64,000 nt of DNA from Macrostomum lignano (GCA_002269645.1 NIVC01002757.1:1-64000), one strand, 5' to 3'; shown: positions 12,801 through 27,800, numbered from the stretch's first letter. Notes: generated by a model from the letters alone, not told the origin. Translations and numbers: made by a program.

Positions 12801-15800
12801 CCCGGGTCGTTTCAGAGTCTTGGGTCACTTATTTTACATTTTACCTGTATTACCTGCAACGAGGCGACGCAAGTGACTCTGGGATCAATCAGAGCGCCTA
12901 ATCAGAATTAAGAGTTATGGAATTTGAATTAGAATTAGAACTCTTATTAATCCGTATCATTTTTGCAGGGCAGCGGCGACCAACCCGGCATTCTGCCGCG
13001 CGCCCTAAAATCTCTGTTCGACAACATTGGCGACCGCCTGTTATCAACGCCTGCTCAGCCTGGCTGTTTATTCCGTCCGGACAGTTTCAGCCAAGCTGTC
13101 CAGCTGTCCAGAGGAGATGCTGAAGCTGAGTTTAAGAAAACCAAAGCCCTACTGCAGTCCTATGAGGCTGGAGAGGCTGTGGCAACCGCATGGTAGATCT
13201 TCTAATCTTCTGAATCTTCTAATTTCAGAGAAAAGTCTGCTATCTTCTGAAGAAGATCCCATTTTTAGGGAAAAATCTCCCATCATCTTAAGAATATCCT
13301 ATTTTTACCAGAAAATCTCCCATATTGTAACGAGTTTCCCATTTTCAGGGAAAAGTCTCCAATATCCTGATGAAAATACCATTTTCAGGGAAAATCTCCC
13401 ATTTAAAGAATGTCCCATTTTTTGGAAAAAATCTCCCATTTTAGGAATATCCCATTTTCAGGGGAAAATCTCCCATTTTAAGAACATCCCATTTTAGGGA
13501 AAATTACCAATCTTTAAAAAACGCCCGTTTTTTAGGGAAAAATCTCCTGTCTTCTGAAAAAATCCCATTTTCAGGGAAAAATCTCCCATCTTCTGAAAAA
13601 TATTCCATTTTAAAGAAAAAAATCTCCTATCTTCTGAAGAATCTCCCATTTTTACAAGAAAATTTCCCATCTTCTGAAAAAAATTTCGTTTTTAGGGAAA
13701 AATCTCCCATTTGAAAAAATCCCATTCTTAATTAAAATCTCCCATCTTTGAAGAATATCCCATTTTCAGGGAAAATCTCCCATCTTCTGAATAAAATCCC
13801 ATTTTCAGGGAAAATCTCCCATCTTCTGAAGAAAATCCCATTTTCAGGGAAAATCTACCATCTGAATAATCTTAAATCAAATTCCTAGCCAACTTCTATA
13901 AATCCTTTCTCACATCCCCATCGCAAAACAACTGCAGGTGCAACAACTCCCGCGATTCAGTGATTTTCGATTCCCGCCTGTCCTCGGACGCTGCTGTCGA
14001 TTCTTCGACAACCTGCGAATCCGACAGCGAACTGATTGGCGATGCTTCGTCAGTTCCGTCATCACAGAAGCGCTTCTGCGTCTGGGTTTCGTACGCCGAG
14101 ATCTACAACGAAGTCGTGTACGACCTGCTGGAGCCCATTGTTCAACGCGGCCGGAAGCCGAGCCGAACCGCTCTGGATGTTCGTTGGGACAAAACAGGCA
14201 AATTTTATATCAAAGGCCTGCGCTGCCTGCCTGTGTGCAGCGCTCAGGACGCTTGCAGGCTCGTGTTGCTGGGCAAACAGAACCAGAGCGTGGCCGCTAC
14301 CGTTCTGAATCAGCAGTCCTCCAGGAGTCACTCGCTGTTCGCTGTTCGCCTGGTCACCTGCTTGGATAAGGAGGCGCCTAATTTTGGATTGGTAAGGGTA
14401 TCAGGGGAATTCAGATGGATTTTGGGGGAATTTAGATAGATTCTAGAGAATTCAGATTCATTTTTTGAGGGAATTCAGATAGAGTGTCTGGGGAATTCAG
14501 ATAGAGAGTCTGGGGAATTCAGATAGAGAGTCTGGGGAATTCAGATAGAGATGCTGGGAAATTCAGATAGAGAGTCTGGGGAATTCAGATAGAGATGCTG
14601 GGAAATTCAGATAGAGAGTCTGGGGAATTCAGATAGAGATGCTGTGGAATTCAGATAGAGAGTCTGGGGAATTCAGATAGAGATGCTGTGGAATTCAGAT
14701 AGAGAGTCTGGGGAATTCAGATAGAGATGCTGGGAAATTCAGATAGAGAGTCTGGGGAATTCAGATAGAGAGTCTGGGGAATTCAGATAGAGATGCTGGG
14801 AAATTCAGATAGAGAGTCTGGGGAATTCAGATAGAGAGTCTGGGGAATTCAGATAGAGAGTCTGGGGAATTCAGATAGAGAGTCTTAGGAATTCAGATAG
14901 AGAGTCTGGAGAATTCAGTCAGTAAGTAGGATTCAGAATTCGTATTCAGATGGGAAATTCTGATGAAGATATTCCGAAGAGTTTATTACACTGCCCAGCT
15001 TAAACACGCATTTGAAACAGGTGTCCAGTTTAACATTCTGCGACCTGGCCGGTTCAGAGAGCCAGCGCACAGCCCGATACGGCGCCAACATCGGCGCAAA
15101 CGACCGCGCTCGCGAGGCCTGCAGCATCAACAGCAGCCTGCTGACTCTGCGCCGGTGCATTGAAACACTTCAGCACAATCAGCAGAATCCGAAATCAGCC
15201 AGGCTGGTGCCGTTTCGCGAGTCCAAACTCACCCAGTTGATACAGCCGTACTTTAGCGGCAGCGGCAGGGCCACTATGATTGTGAATATTAGCAGGTGCG
15301 CCAGCCTGTTTGATGACACTTTGAACGTATTGAGATTCAGCGCGTTAGCCAGCAACATCACCGTGACGGCGCCGACCCCGCACCGGCTTCACTTGGCCGC
15401 TCCGAATGCCGCCTCTCCCGGCATTGGAATTAAAAAGGTTACGGCTACTGCTACTACTACTAATAGTAATAAGACTTCTACTACGGTTACTACAGCTACT
15501 ACTAAGAGTAGCAGTCATAATAATTCTACTATTATTGTGCCAGTCTATCAGACTAAAACTATGACAGCTACGGTTGTTACTGCGGCTGCTATGACGACGG
15601 TTGCTAAGAAAGAGGAACAAGAGGAGATTGAGCCAATTGAGCCAATAGTAGACAAGATCGGCGACCATCAAGAAGACTCCGACGGCGAGGAGGAGCAGCA
15701 GTACGAAGTGACCTACGTTGATGCGAATGAATTCGAAATGGCCGACATAGCCCAGTGTAACAAGGAGGTAAGGAATGAGCGAGTTGCAGTGCTTGAGGTG

Positions 15801-18800
15801 TCATTTGCACTTGTTTAAATGATGCTATGATCTAAGAGTGAAACCAGAAGAATATCTAAGGGTGAGACCTGAAGGATATTTAAGGGTGAGGCCTGAAGGC
15901 TATTTAAGGGTGAGACCTGAAGGCTATTTAAGGGTGAGGCCTGAAGGATATTTAAGGGTGAGGCCTGAACGATATTTAAGGGTGAGGCCTGAAGGCTATT
16001 TAAGGGTGAGGCCTGAACGATATTTAAGGGTGAGGCCTGAAGGCTATTTAAGGGTGAGGCCTGAAGGATATTTAAGGGTGAGGCCTGAACGATATTTAAG
16101 GGTGAGGCCTGAAGGATATTTAAGGGTGAGGCCTGAAGGCTATTTAAGGGTGAGACCTGAAGGCTATTTAAGGGTGAGACCTGAAGGATATCTAAGGGTG
16201 AGGCCTGAAGGATATTTAAGGGTGAGGCCTGAAGGCTATTTAAGGGTGAGACCTGAAGGCTATTTAAGGGTGAGACCTGAAGGCTATTTAAGGGTGAGGC
16301 CTGAAGGCAATTTAAGGGTGAGACCTGAAGGCTATTTAAGGGTGAGACCTGAAGGCTATTTAAGGGTGAGGCCTGAAGGCAATTTAAGGGTGAGGCCTGA
16401 AGGATATCTAAGGGTGAGGCCTGAAGGATATTCAAGGGTGAGACCTGAAGGCTATTTAAGGGTGAGGCCTGAAGGATATTTAAGGGTGAGGCCTGAAGGA
16501 TATTTAAGGGTGAGGCCGGAAGGATATTTAAGGGTGAGGCCTAAAGGCAATTTAAGGGTGAGGCCTGAAGGATATTTAAGGGTGAGGCCTGAAGGATATC
16601 TAAGGGTGAGGCCTGAAGGATATTTAAGGGTGAGGCCGGAAGGATATTTAAGGGTGAGGCCTAAAGGATATCTAAGGGTGAGGCCTGAAGGATATCTAGG
16701 GGTGAGGCCTGAAGGATATCTAAGGGTGACGCCTGAGGGAAATCTAAGGGTGAGGCCTGAAGGATATCCAAGGGTGAGGCCTGAAGGATATCTAAGGGTG
16801 AGGCCTGAAGGATATTTAAGGGTGAGGCTGGAAGGATATTTAAGGGTGAGGCCTAAAGGATATCTAAGGGTGAGGCCTGAAGGATATCTAGGGGTGAGGC
16901 CTGAAGGATATCTAAGGGTGACGCCTGAGGGAAATCTAAGGGTGAGGCCTGAAGGATATCCAAGGGTGAGGCCTGAAGGATATCTAAGGGTGAGGCCTGA
17001 AGGATATCCAAGGGTGAGGCCTGAAGGATATCTAAGGGTGAGGCCTGAAGGATATCCATGGGTGAGGCCTGAAGGATATCTAAGGGTGAGGCCTGAAGGA
17101 TATCCATGGGTGAGGCCTGAAGGGTATCGAAGGGTGATGTCTGAGATCTAAGAGTGAGACCTGTAGAATTTCTATCTGATTTCAAAAGGCAGGCTAGAAC
17201 TATTGACTTCTCGTCTAGATAGCTAGATTCATGTAGAGGCTTCAATAAATAGATCTAGTGACTTCAATATCTAAATTAAACGATAATCCAATCCTAAAAC
17301 TACTGCAGGAGATGCTGAAGCTAATTGGAGACCTGCGCCAAACTGTGCAGCAGCAAGAGGAGGAGATGGAGGAGCGGGAGATGCGCATTAGACGCGAGCT
17401 CATTGCGGAACGGGACCGGCTGATGAGCGAGATGGAGGAGCGATTTGAGCAGCAGCTTCAGGAGCAGAAGGAGCTGCAAGAGGTACGTTATGATATAACT
17501 AAGCAATGCTATTACAAGAGTCTTCAATTATTTTGTAGTTTTAGAATCTGCCATTTTTTAGTTTCAGAATCTGCCGTTTTGTAGTTTCAGAATCTGCCAT
17601 TTTGTAGTTTCAGAATCTGCCATTTTGTAGTTTCAGAATCTGCCATTTTGTAGTTTCAGAATCTGCCATTTTGTAGTTTCAGAATCTGCCATTTTCTAGT
17701 TTCAAAATCTGCCATTTTGTAGATTCAGAATCTGCCATTTTGTAGATTCAGAATCTGCCATTTTGTAGATTCAAAATCTGCCATTTTGTAGTTTCAGAAT
17801 CTGCCATTTTCTAGTTTCAGAATCTGCCATTTTGTAGATTCAGAATCTGCCATTTTGTAGATTCAGAATCTGCCATTTTGTAGTTTCAGAATCTTCTATT
17901 TTGTAGATTCAGAATCTTCTATTTTGTAGATTCAGAATCTGCCATTTTGTAGATTCAGAATCTGCCATTTTGTAGATTCAGAATCTGCCATTTTGTAGAT
18001 TTAGAATCTGCCATTTTGTAGATTCAGAATCTGCCATTTTGTAGATTCAGAATCTGCCATTTTGTAGATTCAGAATCTGCCATTTTGTAGATTCAGAATC
18101 TGCCATTTTGTAGTTTCAGAATCTGCTATTTTGTAGTTTCAGAATCTGCCATTTTGTAGAATCAGAATCTGCCATTTTGTAGATTCAGAATCTGCCATTT
18201 TGTAGATTTAGAATCTGCCATTTTGTAGATTCAGAATCTGCCATTTTGTAGATTCAGAATCTGCCATTTTGTAGATTCAGAATCTGCCATTTTGTAGATT
18301 CAGAATCTGCCATTTTGTAGTTTCAGAATCTGCTATTTTGTAGTTTCAGAATCTGCCATTTTGTAGATTCAGAATCTGCCATTTTGTAGTTTCAGAATCT
18401 GCCATTTTGTAGTTTCAGAATCTGCCATTTTGTTGTTAAAATCTGCCATTTCTATTCCTTTTCCTAGAATCTAGAATTCCTAAAATTTGCCTCTTACATT
18501 GATTTATAACCACTAAACCAATCCCATTGACCCTTGCAGGAGCGCCACGACACCCGCCTGCGCGAGTACCTGGACACTTCCCAGCGGATCAGCGACAACC
18601 TGAAGAAGCGCATGGTTGAGGCTCACAAACGCAAGCTGGCCGAAATGCAGGCAAAAATCGATAGATTGGAAGAGCAACTTGGCGAGGCCAGGTCGGAGGC
18701 TGATCAGCAAGATGAACAGCTAAACAATCTGAATAATAAAGTTGAGAAACTGGAGATGGAGCTGGCCGCTGCTCAGAGCGTCTCCACTAAAGAGGCCATC

Positions 18801-21800
18801 GAAGCCGAAGTGAACATTCGAGTCAGGCGAATTGGCGATATGCACAGGCGGCTAGCGGAGTCTGCAGATATCAGCACCCTGGCCAGGTCGCACCCGCCTC
18901 CGCCCACCAATCAGCATCGAGCTGCGATGCGGGCCACTCTGCTTAAGAACGACTCGTTTCTGGTTCATGAGCTGGAGGCTGAACTGGTTGAAGAGCAGGA
19001 GAACCGGGAGCGACAGGTAGGCGCCATGACCGCCACACTGGCCTGCTCGCAGGAGATGCTGGATGGACTCAGGATGGAGCGAGAATTGCTGGCTGAGGAG
19101 TTGAAGACTGCTCGGCTGACTGTTAAGGAGCAGGTGAGGGAAACTGGCTTGAGAATAGAGTTGGATTGGAGATTGAGTGTGAGATTAGATAGTGGATACA
19201 CAGATGCAGAGACCAGATAGGGAGATAGGAGAGGGTAGAAGATAGATGGCAGAGGGAGATAGGAGAAGGAAGAACGGAGATGCGAGAGGGAAGAGCGGAG
19301 ATGGGAGAGGGAAGAGCAGAGATGGGTGAGGGGAGAGCAGAGATGGGAGAGCGGAGATGGGAGAGGGAAGAGCAGAGAGGGGAGAGGGGAGAGCAGAGAA
19401 GAGAGAGCGGAGATGGGAGAGGGGAGAGCAGAGAAGGGAGAGCGGAGATGGGAGAGGGAGAGGGAAGAGCGGAGATGGGAGAGGGAGAGGGAAGAGCGGA
19501 GATGGGAGAGGGAGAGGGAAGAGCGGAGATGGGAGTGCGGAGAAGGTGCACAGGAGGAATAGTCAAAGCATATGAATGAATCTCTCTGAATATGCACCAC
19601 TTGCACCCAGGCGGAAACCATCAGCCAGTTAAGGAGTCGCATCGAAGCCCTCGGGCATGCCGAACAAGGATCAGAGCCCGCTGCTAAATCTGCCGATGCC
19701 ATAGACAATGAAGCTTATACTGTCGCTAAGAACATTGAATCCGATCAAAGCTGCTGCCAAATGGCTAACGAGGAAGACAAGCATTTGAAAGAGGCTGCTA
19801 AGGCTGATGTTGATCTAGAGGAAAGAGTGGAATGCGTGAGTCTTATGCATTGACAATGTTCATGAGAAGTGCTCAGTGGCTGGGAGATAAAATTCGGTAG
19901 ATATCGTAGCTAAATGCTTAATAGATAATTAAGACTCATGGAAGAGATCTAGAAGGGGTGATTTCAAATTTCTCTTCTTTTATCATTTGCCAGCTCGTTC
20001 AGAAACTCCGCGAAGAAATGGCCGATTCCAAGGCTAAGGACGCCAAACTAGAAGAGATGAATGAGCAAGTTCTGCGAATTAGCTCGCAGGCTGAGGCCCA
20101 GCTGCAGCAGGTATGATACTTATACTAACGATATACTACTTATGGCAGTATTATGGGGCTTCGGCTGCTGCCAGCTTCCCAGATCCTCAATTGCTGGGCC
20201 AACAGCCTCCCAGATCCCCAATTGCTGGGCCACCAGCCTCCCGATCCCCAATTGCTGGGCCACCAGCCTCCCGATCCCCAGTTTCTGGGTCAGCCTCCTA
20301 ATCCTCAGTTGCTGGGCCAGCTTCTCAGATCCTCAGTTGCTAGGCCAGCCTCTCAGATCCTCAGTTGCTGGGCCAGCTTCTCAGATCCTCAGTTGCTGGG
20401 CCAGCTTCTCAGATCCTCAGTTGCTGGGCCAGCCTCCTAATCCTCAGTTGCTGGGCCAGCCTCTCAGATCCTCAGCTGCTGGGCCAGCCTCTCAGATCCT
20501 CAGTTGCTGGGCCAGCCTCTCAGATCCTCAGTTGCTGGGCCAGCCTCCCAGATCCTCAGTTGCTGGGCCAGCCTTTCAGATCCTCAGTTGCTGGGCCAGC
20601 CTCTCAGATCCTCAGTTGCTGGGCCAGCCTCTCAGATCCTCAGTTGCTGGGCCAGCCTCCCAGATCCTCAGTTGCTGGGCTCCCAGATCCTCAGTTGCTG
20701 GGCCAGCCTCCTAATCCTCAGTTGCTGGGCCAGCCTCCCAGATCCTCAGTTGCTGGGCCAGCCTCCTAATCCTCAGTTGCTGGGCCAGCCTCCCAGATCC
20801 TCAGTTGCTAGGCCAGCCTCCTAATCCTCAGTTGCTGGGCCAGCCTCCTAATCCTCAGTTGCTGGGCCAGCCTCCCAGATCCTCAGTTGCTAGGCCAGCC
20901 TCCTAATCCTCAGTTGCTGGGCCAGCCTCCCAGATCCTCAGTTGCTGGGCCAGCCTCCTAATCCTCAGTTGGTGGGCCAGCCTCCTAATCCTCAGTTGCT
21001 GGGCCACTAGCGTGCCAGGTTCCCAAGTGCGGTGAATGTAGACATGTTCTTTATAAGTTTTAATAAAGCAACAATCATGAAATCAAATATCCAGCTTGAA
21101 GAGCAATTGGAATTGGAACTGTCAGCTTCCATGGCCAAAGACAAGCAGATTGACAGTCTGCAAGAGAAGGTGGCGCTGTTGGAATCCGAAACTGAGCAGA
21201 AAGTCCAACTTGTGAGTTCTATATTGTGAATTTGAATTAGTTTTTACGAAGAGATGCTTAACTTTCATTACCAACATTAGGCTCAAGTAAAATGATTTTT
21301 CTTCTCTGAACGCCTGCTTCAGCTCAACCAACAGCTGCTGGAGCTGAAAGACCAGCTGGAATCTTCTCAGAGTGGAGTTGATGCCTCTAGCAAATCATCT
21401 GATTTGGTGAGCTCATTTCTTAAATTAATGATCAATAAAATACACAAACCTTATAGGCAACACCATTATTTGATATTTTATAGGCAAGCCTAAAATTTCC
21501 GACGTATAAGGGGTTTTTGAAAAATATGAAAACTTGATAAACGACTACAACTGGTTTGCAAACTAGTGCTATTAAATATATAATTAGCCTTAGTATAACA
21601 ATTGAGCCATTTTGAACATTTCAGCTAAATCAGCAGCTAGCCCAACTCCAGTCGCAATTGGCAGAAAAGTCACGTGACAGTGATAAGCTCTCTGTCGAAC
21701 TAGATGAGATGGTAAGCAAGCGTGTGGGAGTTGGGACTCTTCTCTTATTTTTATCAACTTATTGTTTTTAATTGAAGGTTGAGAAGCTCCGCCAGTCTGA

Positions 21801-24800
21801 AGCGAAGTTGGAGTCCATTTCGGCGGAGTCCTCAGCAAAGGATCAGCAGCTGCTGGAGCTTCAGCGTCGGCTGGATGAAGCTGAGTCTGAAGCTGAGAAT
21901 CAGCTTAAGCAGGTGAGTTTAAGAAAATGAGCTTTAGACAGGGCGTCAGATGGGAAACAGGGTGTCAGATGGGAAACAGGGTGTCAGATGGGAAACAGGG
22001 TGTCAGATGGAAAACAGGGTGTCAGATGGGAAACAGGGTGTCAAATGGGAAACAGGGAGTCAGATGGGAAACAGGGTGTCAGAATGAGAAACAGGGTGTC
22101 AGATAGGAAACAGGGTGTCAGATGAGAAGCAGGGTGTCAGATATGGGAACAGGGTGTCTGATGGGAAACAGGGTGTGGCATTTGAAATATGAAAACCCTA
22201 ACAAACCTGAGAATTACCGAAATAAAAGTTTTTTAACAATTCTGAAAAAATTGCCAAAATATTTGGATTTTCAACTAGCCTAAAAATTACCGAACTTTGA
22301 GGATTTAATGCAACCCCAAAAATTGCAAGCGTGTGGAAGTTGGGACTCTTCTCTTATTTTTATCAACTTATTGTTTTTCATTGAAGGTTGAGAAGCTCCG
22401 CCAGTCTGAAGCGAAGTTGGAGTCCATTTCGGCGGAGTCCTCAGCAAAGGATCAGCAGCTGCTGGAGCTTCAGCGTCGGCTGGATGAAGCTGAGTCTGAA
22501 GCTGAGAATCAGCTTAAGCAGGTGAGTTTAAGAAAATGAGCTTTAGACAGGGTGTCAGATGGGAACAGGGTGTCAGATGGGAAACAGGGTGTCAGATATG
22601 GGAACAGGGTCTCAGATATGAAACAGGGTGTCAGATGGAACACAGGGTGTCAGAATGGGAAACAGGTTGTCAGATATGGGAACAGGGTGTCAGCAATGGG
22701 AACAGGGTGTCAGATGAGAAACAGGGTGTCAGAATGAGAAACAGGGTGTCAGATAGGAAACAGGGTGTCAGATGAGAAGCAGGGTGTCAGATATGGGAAC
22801 AGGGTGTCTGATGGGAAACAGGGTGTGGCATTTGAAATATGAAAACCCTAACAAACCTGAGAATTACCGAAATAAAAGGTTTTTAACAATTCTGAAAAAA
22901 TTGCCAAAATATTTGGATTTTCAACTAGCCTAAAAATTACCGAACTTTGAGGATTTAATGCAACCCCAAAAATTGCAAGCGTGTGGAAGTTGGGACTCTT
23001 CTCTTATTTTTATCAACTTATTGTTTTTCATTGAAGGTTGAGAAGCTCCGCCAGTCTGAAGCGAAGTTGGAGTCCATTTCGGCGGAGTCCTCAGCAAAGG
23101 ATCAGCAGCTGCTGGAGCTTCAGCGTCGGCTGGATGAAGCTGAGTCTGAAGCTGAGAATCAGCTTAAGCAGGTGAGTTTAAGAAAATGAGCTTTAGACAG
23201 GGTGTCAGATGGGAACAGGGTGTCAGATGGGAAACAGGGTGTCAGATATGGGAACAGGGTCTCAGATATGAAACAGGGTGTCAGATGGAACACAGGGTGT
23301 CAGAATGGGAAACAGGTTGTCAGATATGGGAACAGGGTGTCAGCAATGGGAACAGGGTGTCAGATGGGAAACAGGGTATCAGATGAGAAACAGGGTGTCA
23401 GATAAAGGAAAGGGTGTGGCATTTGAAATATGAAAACCCTAACAAACCTGAGAATTACCGAAATAAAAGGTTTTTAAGAATTCTGAAAAAATTGCCAAAA
23501 TATTTGGATTTTCAACGAGCCTAAAAATTACCGAACTTTGAGGATTTTATGCAACCCCAAAAATTGCAAGCGTGTGGAAGTTGGGACTCTTCTCTTATTT
23601 TTATCAACTTATTGTTTTTCATTGAAGGTTGAGAAGCTCCGCCAGTCTGAAGCGAAGTTGGAGTCCATTTCGGCGGAGTCCTCAGCAAAGGATCAGCAGC
23701 TGCTGGAGCTTCAGCGTCGGCTGGATGAAGCTGAGTCTGAAGCTGAGAATCAGCTTAAGCAGGTGAGTTTAAGAAAATGAGCTTTAGACAGGGTGTCAGA
23801 TGGGAACAGGGTGTCAGATGGGAAACAGGGTGTCAGATATGGGAACAGGGTCTCAGATATGAAACAGGGTGTCAGATGGAACACAGGGTGTCAGAATGGG
23901 AAACAGGTTGTCAGATATGGGAACAGGGTGTCAGCAATGGGAACAGGGTGTCAGATGGGAAACAGGGTATCAGATGAGAAACAGGGTGTCAGATAAAGGA
24001 AAGGGTGTGGCATTTGAAATATGAAAACCCTAACAAACCTGAGAATTACCGAAATAAAAGGTTTTTAAGAATTCTGAAAAAATTGCCAAAATATTTGGAT
24101 TTTCAACGAGCCTAAAAATTACCGAACTTTGAGGATTTTATGCAACCCCAAAAATTGCAAGCGTGTGGAAGTTGGGACTCTTCTCTTATTTTTATCAACT
24201 TATTGTTTTTCATTGAAGGTTGAGAAGCTCCGCCAGTCTGAAGCGAAGTTGGAGTCCATTTCGGCGGAGTCCTCAGCAAAGGATCAGCAGCTGCTGGAGC
24301 TTCAGCGTCGGCTGGATGAAGCTGAGTCTGAAGCTGAGAATCAGCTTAAGCAGGTGAGTTTAAGAAAATGAGCTTTAGACAGGGTGTCAGATGGGAAACA
24401 GGGTGTCAGATATGGGAACAGGGTCTCAGATATGAAACAGGGTGTCAGGTGGAACACAGGGTGTCAGAATGGGAAACAGGTTGTCAGATATGGGAACAGG
24501 GTGTCAGCAATGGCAACAGGGTGTCAGATGGGAAACAGGGTGTCAGATGGGAAACAGGGTGTCAGATGGGAACAGGGTGTCAGATGGGAACAGGGTGTCA
24601 GATGGGAACCGGGTGTCAGATGGGAAACAGGGTGTCAGATGGGAAACAGGGTGTCAGATGGGAAACAGGGTGTCAGATGGGAACAGGGTGTCAGATGGGA
24701 AACAGGGTGTCAGATGGGAAACAGGGTGTCAAATATAGGAAGAGGTGTCAGATGGGAAACAGGGTGTCAGATGGAAAACAGGGTGTCAGATGGGAAACAG

Positions 24801-27800
24801 GGTGTCAGATGGGAAACAGGGTGTCAGATGGAAAACAGGGTGTCAGATGGGAAACAGGGTGTCAAATGGGAAACAGGGAGTCAGATGGGAAACAGGGTGT
24901 CAGAGGAGAAACAGGGTGTCAGAATGAGAAACAGGGTGTCAGATAGGAAACAGGGTGTCAGATGAGAAGCAGGGTGTCAGATATGGGAACAGGGTGTCTG
25001 ATGGGAAACAGGGTGTGGCATTTGAAATATGAAAACCCTAACAAACCTGAGAATTACCGAAATAAAAGGTTTTTAACAATTCTGAAAAAATTGCCAAAAT
25101 ATTTGGATTTTCAACTAGCCTAAAAATTACCGAACTTTGAGGATTTAATGCAACCCCAAAAATTGCAAGCGTGTGGAAGTTGGGACTCTTCTCTTATTTT
25201 TATCAACTTATTGTTTTTCATTGAAGGTTGAGAAGCTCCGCCAGTCTGAAGCGAAGTTGGAGTCCATTTCGGCGGAGTCCTCAGCAAAGGATCAGCAGCT
25301 GCTGGAGCTTCAGCGTCGGCTGGATGAAGCTGAGTCTGAAGCTGAGAATCAGCTTAAGCAGGTGAGTTTAAGAAAATGAGCTTTAGACAGGGTGTCAGAT
25401 GGGAACAGGGTGTCAGATGGGAAACAGGGTGTCAGATGAGAACAGGGTGTCAGATGGGAACAGCGTGTCAGATGGAACCGGGTGTCAGATGGGAAACCGG
25501 GTGTCAGATGGGAAACAGGGTGTCAGATGGGAAACAGGGTGTCAGATGGGAACAGGGTGTCAGATGGGAAACAGGGTGTCAGATGGGAAACAGGGTGTCA
25601 AATATAGGAAGAGGTGTCAGATGGGAAACAGGGTGTCAGATGGAAAACAGGGTGTCAGATGGGAAACAGGGTGTCAGATAGGAAACAGGGTGTCAGATGG
25701 AAAACAGGGTGTCAGATGGGAAACAGGGTGTCAAATGGGAAACAGGGAGTCAGATGGGAAACAGGGTGTCAGAGGAGAAACAGGGTGTCAGAATGAGAAA
25801 CAGGGTGTCAGATAGGAAACAGGGTGTCAGATGAGAAGCAGGGTGTCAGATATGGGAACAGGGTGTCTGATGGGAAACAGGGTGTGGCATTTGAAATATG
25901 AAAACCCTAACAAACCTGAGAATTACCGAAATAAAAGGTTTTTAACAATTCTGAAAAAATTGCCAAAATATTTGGATTTTCAACTAGCCTAAAAATTACC
26001 GAACTTTGAGGATTTAATGCAACCCCAAAAATTGCAAGCGTGTGAAAGTTGGGACTCTTCTCTTATTTTTATCAACTTATTGTTTTTCATTGAAGGTTGA
26101 GAAGCTCCGCCAGTCTGAAGCGAAGTTGGAGTCCATTTCGGCGGAGTCCTCAGCAAAGGATCAGCAGCTGCTGGAGCTTCAGCGTCGGCTGGATGAAGCT
26201 GAGTCTGAAGCTGAGAATCAGCTTAAGCAGGTGAGTTTAAGAAAATGAGCTTTAGACAGGGTGTCAGATGGGAAACAGGGTGTCAGATGGGAACAGGGTG
26301 TCAGATGGGAAACAGGGTGTCAGATGGGAACAGGGTGTCAGATGGGAACAGCGTGTCAGATGGAACCGGGTGTCAGATGGGAAACCGGGTGTCAGATGGG
26401 AAACAGGGTGTCAGATGGGAACAGGGTGTCAGATGGGAAACAGGGTGTCAGATATGGAAAACAGGATGTCAGATGGGAAACAGGGTGTCAGATGGGAAAC
26501 AGGGTGTCAAATATAGGAAGAGGTGTCAGATGAGAAACAGGGTGTCAGATGGAAAACAGGGTGTCAGATGGAAAACAGGGTGTCAGATGGGAAACAGGGT
26601 GTCAGATGGGAAACAGGGTGTCAGATGGGAAACAGGGTGTCAAATGGGAAGCAGGGAGTCAAATGGGAAACAGGGTGTCAGATGAGAAACAGGGTGTCAG
26701 AATGAGAAACAGGGTGTCAGATGGAAAACAGGGTGTCAGATGGGAAACAGGGTGTCAAATGGGAAGCAGGGAGTCAGATGGGAAACAGGGTGTCAGATGG
26801 GAACCGGGTGTCAGATGGAAAACAGGGTGTCAGATGGGAAACAGGGTGTCAAATGGGAAACAGGGTGTCAGATGGGAAACAGGGTGTCAGATATGGGAAG
26901 CAGGGAGTCAGATGGGAAACAGGGTGTCAGATGGGAAACAGGGTGTCAAATGGGAAGCAGGGTGTCAGATAGGAAACAGGGTGTCAGATGAGAAACAGGG
27001 TGTCAGATGGGAAACAGGGTGTCAAATGGGAAGCAGGGAGTCAGATGGGAAACAGGGTGTCAGATGAGAAACAGGGTGTCAGAATGAGAAACAGGGTGTC
27101 AGATAGGAAACAGGGTGTCAGATGAGAAACAGGGTGTCAGATATGGGAACAGGGTGTCTGATGGGAAACAGGGTGTGGCATATGAAGTATGAAAACCCTA
27201 ACAAACCTGAGAATTACTGAAATAAAAGGTTTTTAACAATTCTGAAAAAATTGCCAAAATATTTGGATTTTCAACTAGCCTAAAAATTACCGAACTTTGA
27301 GGATTTAATGCAACCCCAAAAATTGCAAGCGTGTGGAAGTTGGGACTCTTCTCTTATTTTTATCAACTTATTGTTTTTCATTGAAGGTTGAGAAGCTCCG
27401 CCAGTCTGAAGCGAAGTTGGAGTCCATTTCGGCGGAGTCCTCAGCAAAGGATCAGCAGCTGCTGGAGCTTCAGCGTCGGCTGGATGAAGCTGAGTCTGAA
27501 GCTGAGAATCAGCTTAAGCAGGTGAGTTTAAGAAAATGAGCTTTAGACAGGGTGTCAGATGGGAACAGGGTGTCAGATGGGAAACAGGGTGTCAGATATG
27601 GGAACAGGGTCTCAGATATGAAACAGGGTGTCAGATGGAACACAGGGTGTCAGAATGGGAAACAGGTTGTCAGATATGGGAACAGGGTGTCAGCAATGGG
27701 AACAGGGTGTCAGATGGGAAACAGGGTATCAGATGAGAAACAGGGTGTCAGATAAAGGAAAGGGTGTGGCATTTGAAATATGAAAACCCTAACAAACCTG

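Noticed and set aside
11776-15360. KIF23/MKLP1 assignment
   Set aside because: VWVSY and MIVNIS..TLNVLRFSA motifs fit KIF20A/B better; A versus B cannot be resolved without a phylogeny.
15815-17245. Long ORFs (RVRPEGYL)n and (LQASPLNI)n
   Set aside because: Translation of a 24-nt intronic minisatellite whose period is a multiple of 3.
20061-20824. PDPQLLGQP-type ORFs here and on the minus strand at 48275-49356
   Set aside because: 28-nt intronic minisatellite.
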